Shown: positions 36,675 through 48,800 of the stretch, piece after piece
Layout of the letters: each line of letters begins with the position of its first letter
Numbering within the stretch: the first letter of the stretch is position 1
The notes under the pieces: model-generated
The model's input: the letters and a program-made list of their open reading frames with translations, nothing else
Told to the model about the DNA's origin: nothing
Database searches by the model: none
Translations under genes and position numbers: made by a program
Source: Hormiphora californensis
Taxonomy: Eukaryota > Animalia > Ctenophora
Assembly (NCBI GenBank): GCA_020137815.1
Contig: CM035355.1
Span: 3,038,001 to 3,102,000, forward strand
DNA: 64,000 bases
Reading direction: 5' to 3'

Positions 36675-38345
36675 ATGGCTAGTCAGTTTGATGAGCCCTT
36701 TCTGGCAATGTATAATAAGATACCCCGGAAACAGGTCGCACCCGGTAAAAAGCAGGTAAATGTTGTCATGGTAACAAAAAGCAGGTAAATGTTGTCATGG
36801 TACCAGTTGTGCAGCTCACACTGCATTTTATTGTGTTCGGCAGAGCATGGTAACAGTTGTTTTAACTGGTAAAGATGGATCTCCTGTAATACCAAGTGAT
36901 ACCAAACTGTGTTATGTTCTAACCCTCCCTTTACGTTTGGGGGTGCGCAAAACACAGTCTAGCTAGGCAAACCAAACCGTTTCTATTTTCAGGTGGCAGA
37001 TTTTGAGTTTCTTCCAAACTCTTGGTGAGGGTTCCTTTGCTACAGTGATGAAGTGCAAAGAAAAGAGCACTGGACGATATTTTGCTATGAAGGTGTTAGA
37101 AAAGGTACTTTGTTGCCCATACACCGGTGCTCCCTCCCATTGATACAATATTGCTGGGACCGGTAAATCCGTTTCAAACTTCTCATTTCTAAAGAAATAT
37201 ATTCAGTGCCGGCCGGTATTGCATATTTCTTTAGAAATAAGTTGTTTGAAACTTGAATAATAAAACGTCACTGGAGTCAAAAGTTTGGCATTTGGATTAG
37301 ACTCTGGAGTCCAGAGTCTGGAGTTATCTAAAAAAAACACTATTTTCTTCAAAAAGTGTTAGCTGTACTGCATTGAAGTGAGATATCACCCCCCCCCCCC
37401 CCCGCCCCGGCACTGTTGACACAACCTCATTTCAGAAACAAATTCAAAAAGAGAAAGTAACCGAACGAGTGATACGAGAACGAGATATAATCGCCTCCCT
37501 TGACCACCCCTTTATCGTTCAGCTATTTTGCACTTTTCAAACAGAGGCAGATCTCTTCTTATGTTTAACAATAGCAGAAAACGGGTGTCTACATGACTAT
37601 TTATTAAAGTACGGGAGTTTCTCTCTGGAGGTCAGCAGATTCTATCTTGCGGAGATGATCGTAGCCATAGAGTATCTTCACTCAAAGGTATAATTGATGA
37701 TTGTAATAAATGAAGCGTTTCAAAATGTAATGATATGTATAATATCGTGAGCTTCTTACTATATCGATATAGAGAGGCTCATTTTATGAGGCTTATTCAA
37801 AGAGATACTCAACATTTCAGAATATAATTCAAAGAGATACTCAACATTTCAGAATATAATTCAAAGAGATACTCAACATTTCAGAATATAATTCACAGAG
37901 ATGTAAAGCCTGAAAACGTCCTACTGAATAATAAGTTTCACGTGATATTTACTGATTTTGGGACGGCAGGAAAAGTAACGGCGGAAAACCCACGGAGAAA
38001 GTCATTTGTTGGTATGTTTATATACAAATCGATTATTTCTCTCTTGCTTCTGAAACTTTTGTCGCTGTATTGCTGCAGTAAAAGTAAGTACAAGTTTGAC
38101 GTTCGTTTTGAATATTAATATCGCGACCGCAGTTTTTTTGAAGTTAATTTTTGAGGGTCTCTCGTCTGATCGTCTATAACGCGAGGGCGAGAGAGGAGCG
38201 AGAGAAGAGAGAGCAGAGAGAGAGCGAGAGAAAGAGAGTAGCACTCAGAAGAGAGGAGAGCGAGCGTATAGCTGCTCCATTATTCTTCTTCTCTTCCCCT
38301 CTCTCTCTCTATCTCTCTCGAGCTCTCTCTCTCTCTCTCTCTCGC

Positions 38346-38395
<50 letters not shown>

Positions 38396-41300
38396 CAGGT
38401 ACACCTCAGTACGTGTCCCCTGAGTTGATAGCAGATGGAGACAAGTTCACCTGTAAGGAGAGTGACCTGTGGGCCCTGGGTTGTTGTCATTACCAGTTTA
38501 TCAGTGGAACGTGGCCGTTTAATGCCAATACAGAGTGGCTAATATTCAAGGTTAGAGCAACAACAAGCCCCATGAAGAATATGTTCACTTTTATCAAAGT
38601 AACAACAAGCCGGCGTGTTATTGCTCTCTAACAGCCCCATGATAAATATATGTTGCCCTATGTTATGTTAGCTCCACTGATGGTTATGAGAATTTCTCAT
38701 AGTGATAGTAAAAACACTTTCATTGAGAAATAACTACATAACTTGAAAGTCTTTTCACTGGCTAGCAGCGACTCAAATAGAAATCGCGTGGCTTTGAGTA
38801 CGTTGTGCCCCCTTCTGTATGTTAATATTTAACCACTGAAATTACTCGAACACGATTCAAAGTGTACTTGAAAGAGAGAAAACAGGAAATTGGTTGAGAA
38901 GGGGACACCGTTTCCTAAGTGCGGTCAATGACCAAGGTGAAAATAATGTCTCTCTTTCAGGAGATATTGAAGGGTGAATATAAGTTTGAGGAATCTTTCC
39001 CAGAGCAGGATAAAGATTTTATTAGTAAACTTCTTGTTCCATCACCAGAGGAACGATTGGGTAGTGAACAGAGAGGTAACTTTGTTATTTTCTAATCCTT
39101 CTTTGTGGGGTGAAACAGGGTCGAGCTAGGCTGCCAAGGCATTAATAATTAATACTTTGTGGGGTGAAACAGGGTCGAGCTAGGCAACTAACCAGTTACA
39201 ATGCTCCTGACTAACTTTCTCATCCTTTTAACTTGGTCAATGCGAAATGCTAATCCTTAAACTCTCTCATTCCTTTGTTTAGGAGGTATAAAGGAGTTGA
39301 AAAATCATGAGATCTTCGCTACATTTGACTGGGAGAATATCAACACGACGACTCCCCCTAAATTTGCTCCATTCTCAACTGGCGGGGAGGTGAGAGATTT
39401 CGTAATTCTTTGTTAAAATTTTAAATTTATCCAACACCGGTGCGCCAGTGCACCAAGTTGTTGTATTTTGTAACAAATACCTGACATGCCCTAAAACTTT
39501 CTAACGCTCCTTTACAATATATATACCGGTGAGAGGACAACCAAAAACACACGCGAAATAGCGAAACGCAGTGTGATTCACACAAAATATGGCTTTTTCT
39601 GTTGCCTTGTTTCACCACGCCCCGCACAAAAGGAGGGTTAGAACATCTAACAATTCATCTTCAGGACTCCTGCTCTGTGGAGGAAGAACTAAATTTCAAT
39701 ACTCTCGAGATATCAGCACCCTAAAAAACTAGCAGGGAACAGGCAAAAGTTACTGAGTGATCAGGCCCAAAACCAGCCTCGTCTTAACAAGCATTTAAAT
39801 GGTAAGCAACGTGATTATTTGTTTTTGAGTTTTATAGTTAACACTGCACTATCGAGTATTCTATTGCTACAAGGGGAGGTGCAGCCCAATTTATTTTCAA
39901 CCATACCCTGTTTTTTTTCGGGGCTGCACCCCCGATCAAGTCTTATTTTATTGAGATAAATCCAGATCTATGGTAGTGTACTGTCCTTCTCTTCTCGTAT
40001 GTTTGTTTGTGATTGCTGTGCCTGATCCTTCTCTTGTTTCCTCTCTGTCCTGTGCAACCCCCTGAAGGTGTCTACTGTCACGATTCTTGGTTCTTCTGGT
40101 GATGGAGTCGGTACCTCGTCCTTTTTCCTGATGATCATGAAAATGATAATGGAGCAGAGGATGGACATAACGATTCCAACTGCAACAAGAACTACATTTG
40201 GTACTTCTGTAGTTGCCCTATCAAATAAGTGGTTCTTGTCACGGCAATTGTCAACCAGGGTCCCGTTCAAACAGTGGATGGTGGCTGTTTGGTTGTCCCC
40301 CCGGCACCTCCCTTCTACCTCCACCTCATCTATGAGAAAGGGAAGGTTGTCCGAGTTGTTGAAGGTCCATCGTTTGGTTTTCAGTTTAATTGGACATGTC
40401 TTGGGTGTCTCACTAAATGGCCTCAGAACTACATTCTGGAGTGGACCATAACGTTTTACGAAAATAAGATGGTCAGTACTCCTGACAGTAAATGTAAACC
40501 TATACTTGGGGTCACTCAGAAATGTCACTTTCGTAACTTTTAGCCACACGTCTTTATCGGTACACGGTCCCAGTTTTCCGAGGAGCATCCAAGAGTCAGT
40601 ATCATTGACCGGCTTTATACATCTCCCAGACCCATCCATAACCTCAATCCTCACATCACTGTCATCCCTCTCTTCAATCTTCCACCCTGTCAGTCTGGCT
40701 CCCTTTGATCCTATATCCTTCCAATCTATGCCGTTTTTAGTTGCCTTTAGACACTTTCCCATTGCCTCGATATTCACAACGGCACCATCCAGAGAGACAT
40801 CGTGTCCAAGGGGTGGAGTTAGGATGCACTCTACCGCTGCAACCACCCCACTCTCTCCCCATCCTCCAGTGTTATCCCCTGTGCTGCCAACAGAGGGGAC
40901 AAGATGGCAATGTTGGGATACAAACTGGAAGTAGACCGAGGTACACTCTCCGGGCATGTACTGGCAGTACTGGAGACACTGGATAAGACCGTGAGGTGTG
41001 GTAAAGGGAGGGAGAATGGGTACCTTCAGATATGGCACCATTAGTCAGGGCCATGGAACATTTCGAGTCAACTTCAGTCGCCACCATCAACAGTAGTAAG
41101 AACAACATAGCGTGGGCGAGCAATTAGGGGTAACGCAAACTTAATAAAAGCACTCTTTTTTAACGTTGCGTCATTCAAACTCTCCCCTCTTACTGTCTCT
41201 CTCTGCAGTCTACCCTCTCCCCCGTACGTTAGATTGTTCAAACTATTTCAATATTTAAAACTACACATTGTCAAGGGACCTAATGCGTGCATGTTATTAT

Positions 41301-43928
41301 TAGAGAAAACGCGGTTCGTTGTATTTTGTTGTTTATTTTAGAAATTAGAAGCTGTCCATTTCTCCGAAAAATTCCTTTAAATCAGGGTCTGACTAGATTG
41401 CCCAAGCTTATATATTATATTACATTAACTAACCCACCCTAACTATTACATATAACATATTATAATTTAACTTTCAGGCAATGAGTTAATAGTAAAGGAG
41501 GGAATTGTTCACAAAACAAGAGGTCTATCAAAGAAGAAGAGGCACCTAATACTAACTGACTACCCTTCATTGTACTACATAGGTAAATTCATTGTGGCAG
41601 GCGGCAGCTCAACTAGGTAGTAACCAATATTGTGGTTTAGATGGCTGATGGTATACATTATAGAAAGTAGTACTGTTAGGTCAGGATTTATCGCTATATG
41701 TGACTAGTCCAAATAAAGAAGCTTTATACATTCCTATACCCTATCAAGTGTCAAACACACGCACATTATACATGTACTGTGTTGTACACATAGGCCATAG
41801 TAATGTACGCCAATAACATGTTCCCTAACTGTCCAATAACACTTGACCCTGTGCCCTAACTATCCAATAAAACTTGACCCTGTGCCCTAACTATCCAATA
41901 AAACTTGACCCTGTGCCCTAACTGTCCACACGGTGCACCAGAAGGATCGTCAACCCAAAGTTGAGCCCGCAAAACAAACTTTTGTTGGGGGTGACCCAGG
42001 AGGCCTTCCTGAACATCCCCACGGTGAGAAAAGTATATGTTATCGGGGGAAATTTTTGTTAAAATCGAAAAAACTGGTTTTTGGTCGAAATTTGTGCATA
42101 ACTTACTTGACTGCCGTTTGATGAAATATCTGATTGACATAAAATAAGTATATAAGACCTATTTTTGCACGAGGAATCGATTGCCGGTGGAGAGAAATCT
42201 CTAAAATGACCGGAAAATTGTCAAATATAGGAATTTTGTCATTTTTTTGAGGTTTTTGGCCCTTTAACCATTGAAAACGTTGAGATAGGAAGTTGGCAAT
42301 AGCGCCAATAGTTAAAATGGTCATTTTTCTACGGGATCCCAAAATTTCATGTATATCCGATTTATGGTTAGATTTTGGCAAACTATTGAGATGTGCTTAC
42401 TGAAAAAAGGATAACTTGATTTTCTCGTTTTTTGCGATTTTTACCCTACCTATTTTTGCACGTAGAATCGATTGCCGGTGGAGTGGATCCTCTTAAATGA
42501 TTGGAAAGCGGTCGAAATGCCATTTTTTGGAGGCCCAAAAAACCGCCCAAAAATGGCATTTCGAGCGCTTTCCAATCATTTAAGAGGATCCACTTCACCG
42601 GCAATCGATTCTACGTGCAAAAATAGGTAGGGTACCAGTTGTTGACGGAAATTGACCAGAAAAAAATGTGAATTTTTATTTTCATGGTAAAAATTGGCCT
42701 TTTTTGCCTATTTCAACTTTCTATAAGTCAATGATCTGTCATTGGATTTGCATGAAATCTTGGATTTTGGTCGAAAATTGACCCATAAACAACTTTAGCA
42801 TGGCCCTGATTGGCCATTTCAATCAGAATTCTGTCAAAAGTTAAAAAATCGCAAAAAACGAGAAAATCAAGTTATCCTTTTTTCAGTAAGCACATCTCAA
42901 TAGTTTGCCAAAATCTAACCATAAATCGGATATACATGAAATTTTGGGATCCCGTAGAAAAATGACCATTTTAACTATTGGCGCTATTGCCAACTTCCTA
43001 TCTCACCGTTTTCAATGGTTAAAGGGCCAAAAACCTCAAAAAAATGACAAAATTCCTATATTTGACAATTTTCCGGTCATTTTAGAGATTTCTCTCCACC
43101 GGCAATCGATTCCTCGTGCAAAAATAGGTCTTATATACTTATTTTATGTCAATCAGATATTTCATCAAACGGCAGTCAAGTAAGTTATGCACAAATTTGG
43201 ACCAAAAACCAGTTTTTTCGATTTTAAAAATTTCCCCCGATAACATATACTTTTCTCACCGTGGGGATGTTCAGGAAGGCCTCCTTGGTCACCCCCAACA
43301 AAAGTTTGTTTTGCGGGCTCAACTTTGGGTTGACGATCCTTCTGGTGCACCGTGTCCAATAACACTTGACCCTGTGCCCTAACTATCCAATAAAACTTGA
43401 CCCTGTGCCCTAACTGTCCAATAACACTTGACCCTGTGACCTAACTGTCCAACAACACTTGACCCGGTGCCCTAACTGTCCTATAACACTTGACCCTGTG
43501 ACCTAACTGTCCAATAACACTTGACCCTGTGAACTATTATCCTATAACAGATCCATCAAGTTGGTTGATGAAAGGAGAGATACCGTGGGAAAATGGGATT
43601 GAGGTGCGGTGTAAAAGTGCCAAATCATTCCATTTACACACACCCAACAGGATATACTATTTAGGTTCGTGTGGTGTCCTCCTTATTTTTACAGTTTTAT
43701 ACCAAATAATATCTTCTAAAATACCGCTCTATGAAATCGAAAATCGAAAGGTGTACCAATTTGTCCCTCTGAGATAGTTCTTAAATTCGTTTCTTTTAGA
43801 TCCCTTCCCAAATCAAATTGATCTTTATCACGCAACTTCCCCTTTTAGAAGCGGCAGACAAGAATGCCATGGATTGGTGCACCAAGATTACGGATGTCAA
43901 AGAATTGGTAGCGAACCGGGACAAATAG
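36675..43928 (+). CDS. PDPK1: 3-phosphoinositide-dependent protein kinase 1 (kinase plus PH domain)
   Basis: LGEGSFATV, AMKVLEK, HRDVKPEN, DFGTA, SFVGTPQYVSPE, DLWALGC; PH exons LIVKEG..KRHLILTD..YIDP..KGEIPW..HTPNRIYYL. Confidence 0.95.
37172..37252. mobile_element. Small imperfect hairpin (MITE-like) in a PDPK1 intron
   Basis: GTTTCAAAC..TTTCTAAAGAAATAT pairs with ATATTTCTTTAGAAA..GTTTGAAAC. Confidence 0.55.
37795..37901 (+). repeat. 32-bp tandem repeat spanning a PDPK1 acceptor
   Basis: TTCAAAGAGATACTCAACATTTCAG|AATATAA three times; acceptor AGs end at 37820, 37852 and 37884. Confidence 0.9.
38302..38393. repeat. (CT)n microsatellite abutting a PDPK1 acceptor
   Basis: Direct reading. 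Confidence 0.95.
39968..41108 (-). CDS. Nested antisense intronless type I membrane protein (signal peptide, PAN/apple-like Cys motif, TM helix); one frame break near 41020
   Basis: MLFLLLLMVATEVDS in one frame; CLQYC..CTSVYF..CHL and VVLVAVGIVMSILCSIIIFMII-RKK in the 357-aa ORF; lies in PDPK1 intron 39802-41478. Confidence 0.75.
41823..43530. repeat. 31-bp minisatellite (CCCTAACTGTCCAATAACACTTGACCCTGTG)n split by a transposon
   Basis: About 3.5 copies at 41823-41928 and about 6 at 43355-43530. Confidence 0.9.
41929..43354. mobile_element. Foldback element with CACGGTG termini and 4-bp TSD TCCA (Chapaev/CMC-like)
   Basis: TCCA|CACGGTGCACCAGAAGG..CCTTCTGGTGCACCGTG|TCCA; the empty site is defined by neighbouring repeat units. 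Confidence 0.9.
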
Positions 43929-44562
43929 TAGACACCAAAAACTCTCAATTATTATTTTTGTGAAAATGTGTAATAATATGTGACCGTGAAGAAGAAAAAA
44001 AGAAGAATTTGACCGTGAATGAATGGGAAATACAGCTTTCCTAAGGACTGTGAACAGCCATTGAAGTTAGACAGCTGTGTCATGGAGCTGATTGCCAGGT
44101 TAGACTGTTTTTTCGCGCGCCCCGTTTTTATAAAATAAAATAAAAGAGTTTGTACAAAACAAGGAGCTGAGTGGTGTGTGACGCGTGTATGTAACGCGCT
44201 GAATCTGTTGTCGTGTTGTGTATTGTAAGTGTTAGTTGTAAGCATTTCTTATGCGCGTCCCGTGTATCGGTTCTATGAACCATGCGGGACACTGCAATTC
44301 TGTATCCGCTTGTGTTTTTATTTGAATTTGAGGCTCAGGACTTTAAGGATGAGATAACAAGCTCTACTAACTAGGGACTGACTACTATTGGGGTTGTAGG
44401 AGGTAAGAATATGATGGGTGTTCTATTGGGTGTTTGAGAGGATGTTTGATTCTCTGCTAAATCATTGTCCTACCTCTCAGTAATGAGTGATAAAAGTTCA
44501 CTTAAATCATCACCGACCCAGGTTGTCAAGTTCAACCATGAACCGCAGATGTTAACATAGTA

Positions 44563-45423
44563 CAGTCGGACCCCGATTTAGTGGCCCCCGATTTAGTGGC
44601 ACCCCGATTTAGTGGCAGGATTTTTTTCCCCCAAAAATTTTTTTGAATTTTTTTGTGAATTTTTTTTGAAAATTTGTCAAAGAAACACCAGCCACGCCCG
44701 AATCGTTTTTCGAATCAGTGAATCTTATCGCATGTCCTGCTGCTAATTAGACGGCTCGGAACGAAGCGATACGTGATCCCCATGGGGCCATTAAATCACA
44801 AGTTCACCAAGCGTCAAAATTTCGATTCGATGGGGATCACGTTTCGATTCGTCCCGAACCGTCTAATTAGTAGCAGGATATGCGATAAGATGCACCGATT
44901 CGAAATAGGATTCGGACGTGGCTGGTATACCTTAAAAATTTTAAAACTTTTTTTTGCAAAATTTTACAGTAAGATTGCCAATGCTTTGATCGGTGCTCCC
45001 CATAAATTTTGAGAGAAAAAGTTATTTTGAAATTTTGATACTTCCTCACCCGCTTAGGGTGCCCCGATTCGGCATGGTATCAAGTATCGGTTCGTTTCGA
45101 ACCCGCTAATTAGACAGGATATCCAGTAAGCTGCACCGATTCGAAACACAAATCGGACGGGCCGCTATAACTTAGAAAATTTTTCACAATATTTTTGAAA
45201 AAATTATTTTATAGTTTTCTATTTCTAATCAGAAATGATCATGCCAACAATTATACATGAACATTGCATATAATAGTTAGAGGTGTCTTTAGTTTTAGGA
45301 TAGCATTTTGGGCATAAAATAGGTTTTTATGGGCCAAATATGGCTCACCTCGATTTAGTGGCACCCCGATTTAGTGGCAGGATTTTTCCCCCCCGAGGAT
45401 GCCACTAAATCGGGGTCCGACTG
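44563..45423. mobile_element. pogo/Tigger-like MITE, TA TSD
   Basis: TA|CAGTCGGACCCCGATTTAGTGGC..GCCACTAAATCGGGGTCCGACTG|TA, with internal CCCCGATTTAGTGGC repeats. Confidence 0.88.
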
Positions 45424-45483
45424 TACTGGCTTGTTAGGGGACGGTGTATGATATTAGGTATGCTAAATTGCAATGTCATCGTC

Positions 45484-45556
45484 GGGGGACTAGCTCAAAT
45501 GGTAGAGCGCTCGCTTAGCATGTGAGAGGTACCGGGATCAATGCCCGGGTTCTCCA
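45484..45556 (+). tRNA. tRNA-Ala(AGC)
   Basis: 73-nt cloverleaf GGGGGAC..GTTCTCCA, anticodon arm CTCGC-TTAGCAT-GTGAG, downstream T-run terminator. Confidence 0.93.
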
Positions 45557-45867
45557 GTCTGACTTTTTGCTTTTTTTGACAAACAATTTGAAACAATCCA
45601 CACAGTTCACACTTCACAGCACGTCACCCATTCCAGAAATTAGCGAACTATTTAGAGAGAGTCATGGAGTTGAACTTTTTCGCTAATTTCGTTTGAGAAA
45701 CACTTCCAAAACACAGAACTTTTTAACACGAAGAAAAAATAAAGCATTAAACAGATATAAAAATCAGCTATCCATCTCTCTCGCATATATATTGTCCTCG
45801 TTGAGATAATAGCCTCACCAAGTAGAGATGGGTGTGTAAAATGTAGTAGGTCACTCCTTGTCAATTT

Positions 45868-48800
45868 CTATGTTCTGGCGGCAGCAGGTTGAGCACCCGG
45901 CGTGGATGTAGCAGACTGTGGGGGATGGGATGTTAGAAGAATACACATGTACGGTAGAAATAAGAATTTTAAAACATTATTTTAGAACCCCACCCTTTTC
46001 GCCGCTTTCACTAAGAATTCTGAGAGCTTTGAAGCGTGGTCTGCTCTAAGAATAAGAAAGTAGAGGGAGTAGCTATTTAACTTACCGGAGTGCCGCCCCT
46101 CAGCAGAGCAGTATGTTGGGATACAAGGGTGTTATGTTGTTGTTGGTGCTGTTGTTGCTGCTGATACATCTGTGTGTATTGCTGGTAATATTGGTTTCGC
46201 AGCTCATTAGTAGGGGCATTCTGGGCCTGGGTATAAACTGTGGCGGCCTGGGAGAGAGTGGGTTAGTAATGGACAACTCTATCACCTAGCTAGATTTGTA
46301 AAATCATTGGCGCACGCTGCCCGGTTCGGAGATGACATAACAGTCTTTTGTAAGACAATTATTATCTGATGATAAACACTGATTTTAATTACCTGTTGTC
46401 CCAGTACTTGGACTTGTTGGGCAGCCTGTTGTATTTGTGTTTGCAGCTGGAGAAGGTGGGCTGTATTGTCAACAACGGGGGATGGGGCGGGTTGTTGGGG
46501 AGTTATTGGAAGGTGCTGCTGGTGGGAGATGGCTCCCATCATACCCTGGGAAAGAGGGGTGGTTAGAGAGGATCAATTATAATTATGCTTTGTTCAAACA
46601 GAAAGGAGCAAGGCAAAAACAATGTCTAATTTTTAAACCGTGCCCTGTTCCATTGACGTTCTTGGGGCGGCATTGTTCTCCGCGCGCATCGCTCTCCCTC
46701 CCGCGCACGATAAACTCCGACCACACAAAGACATGCTAGTTTTGTTGTGATTGTTGCAGAAATGTCCCACTTACTGGGGGTGGAGCGGCGGCAGCTGGTG
46801 GGGGCTGCATTGGTGGTGGTTGTATTTGGACGGGAGGCTGTTGCGCTGGATGAGCGATTGGTGCCTGTGCTTGGTACACCTAGAAGGGGAGAGGGGAGGA
46901 GGTTAGCTTGTTGTAATCACACTTGACAAGAGTCTCGACCCCCCTCCCCTTTCTACCTTACCGATGAGCAGCCCCTTCTCCCCTCTTTCTTACCTGGTTA
47001 TTTTCTAACCCTACTTTAAATTTGAGAGGGTCGAACAATACAACTCTCCCCCTTCCACTCCCAGAGGAGCAGCCCCTTCCTTACCGGTTAGAGCCCAGTG
47101 TTCCCCAATTTCCCCCATTTCTTACCGGTGTAGTGGTGGGTTGTTGTGGCGGGGGCATTCCCGGCATCCCAGGGGCAGGCATCATGGGAGGGGGCATGGC
47201 ACTGGCAGCTGGGTATCCGGGATGGGGTGGGTACTGGCCGGGCATCATCGGGGGTGGCATACCTGACAGGGTAGGGGAGATATTTAGGGAAGGGGGAGCT
47301 AGGATATTGTATATATTCAAATTCAAAGGAATACACGATACAATCATTGTAGATTTCAGATTTGTATCTAACTACAGGATCACAACAAACCAGCCATACA
47401 AGATATCTAACTACACAACTAACCGGGCATCATAGGTGGCATGCCATGCATGGGTGGCATTGGGGGTCCACCAGGGTGTCCGGGTGGTCCATGATGACCT
47501 CCGTGGTGTCCAGGGTGGGGTGGTCCGCCATGAGGTGGTCCCCCATGGAACCCACCTCCCATATTGTTATGAGGGGGTGGTCCCCCACCTCCACCACCAC
47601 CACCAGGCTTGGGGCAGTCCCGGGCAACGTGACCAGCCACATGGCAGTTGTAGCATGTCCTTGTCTCGTTAGCTGTGAGAGAGAGGTTGGATGTTGAGAA
47701 AGAGAGATCTGAGGTTAGGAAAGGAAGCTAAATTCAAAATGTATGCTTTCTATTTCAAGCTATTATTATGTTGAATCGATTTTTTTTCAAAAAAAAATGA
47801 TACATCTGATTTGTGAGAGTGTTTGGTTATAATTACCTCTCCCGATATTACCTCGGGCAAAAGAAGTCCTTTCTTTGGGGCAATCCCTGGCCATGTGGCC
47901 CATCTCATTGCAATTAAAACACTTCCTCCCCTCGATCCCACCTCCCACCATGCCCCGTCCAGCGAAACCACCACCTCGTGGCATGTGGTGGTGAGGTCCT
48001 CCAGGTGGGGCCCTGTCATAGGGTTTCTGGTAGTGGGGCTTAGGTGGCATGCCCTTGTTGGGACCTAGCTCGTTCAGTCCCACACTGTTGGATTGTTGTC
48101 GGAGGGTGTGGGCTCCTGTTCGACCAGGGACACCAAATGCCAAACGTAGTGAACTATTTCTGTTGGGAGGAGGGGGAGGGAATTAGTTGTGACTTGTGGG
48201 GGGTGAGATTAGTTGAGCGGGGCCACCTAATCTAATGGGGCCATCAACAGAAGGGAGCTGGGAGGTCGATACTTTTATCAAAGAAAATAAAAGAGATTAT
48301 TTAAAGAAATATAGGGCTTACTAACTGGATTTAAGAATCCCCTTACCCTATCTGATAATTGCTGAACATGCGCTGTGCGGTCTCCGCTGACTCGCACGTA
48401 TCAAAATCAACAAACCCAAAACCTCTTGATTCACCGTTAGCTGGGTTGATAGCGATCTAAGAGAGATGAATGTGAGTTATGGGGCTGGGTGGGATATATT
48501 TAGAGATACATAATAGCACCTGTTAAACTGAGTAGTCGAATGAAAACTGTTTAAAATCTCCCCAGTACATACACCTACCTTGATAAAGTTATTGTGTGAG
48601 AGACTTCCAGGGACCTTCCAGTTTTACTTACTTCACATAAAATATACCCACACATACTCTTACAAAATTTAGTACAGCTAGTAGCCCCTCGGGCTTACTC
48701 CTTCATACGATATATATATGAGATAAGACAGCCTATATTGATTCCATACAGAGTGCTTCATTCTTTCCAGAATGAACAAATCAATTATCAAGATTTCTAT

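Noticed and set aside
41823-43530. 31-bp repeats as a CRISPR array (also 53140-54720)
   Set aside because: Units are contiguous with no unique spacers, no cas genes, and the context is eukaryotic.
47001-47026. TTTTCTAACCCTACTTTAAATTTGAG, loosely like recalled ctenophore spliced-leader ends
   Set aside because: Partial match from memory, not followed by a GT donor; likely chance.
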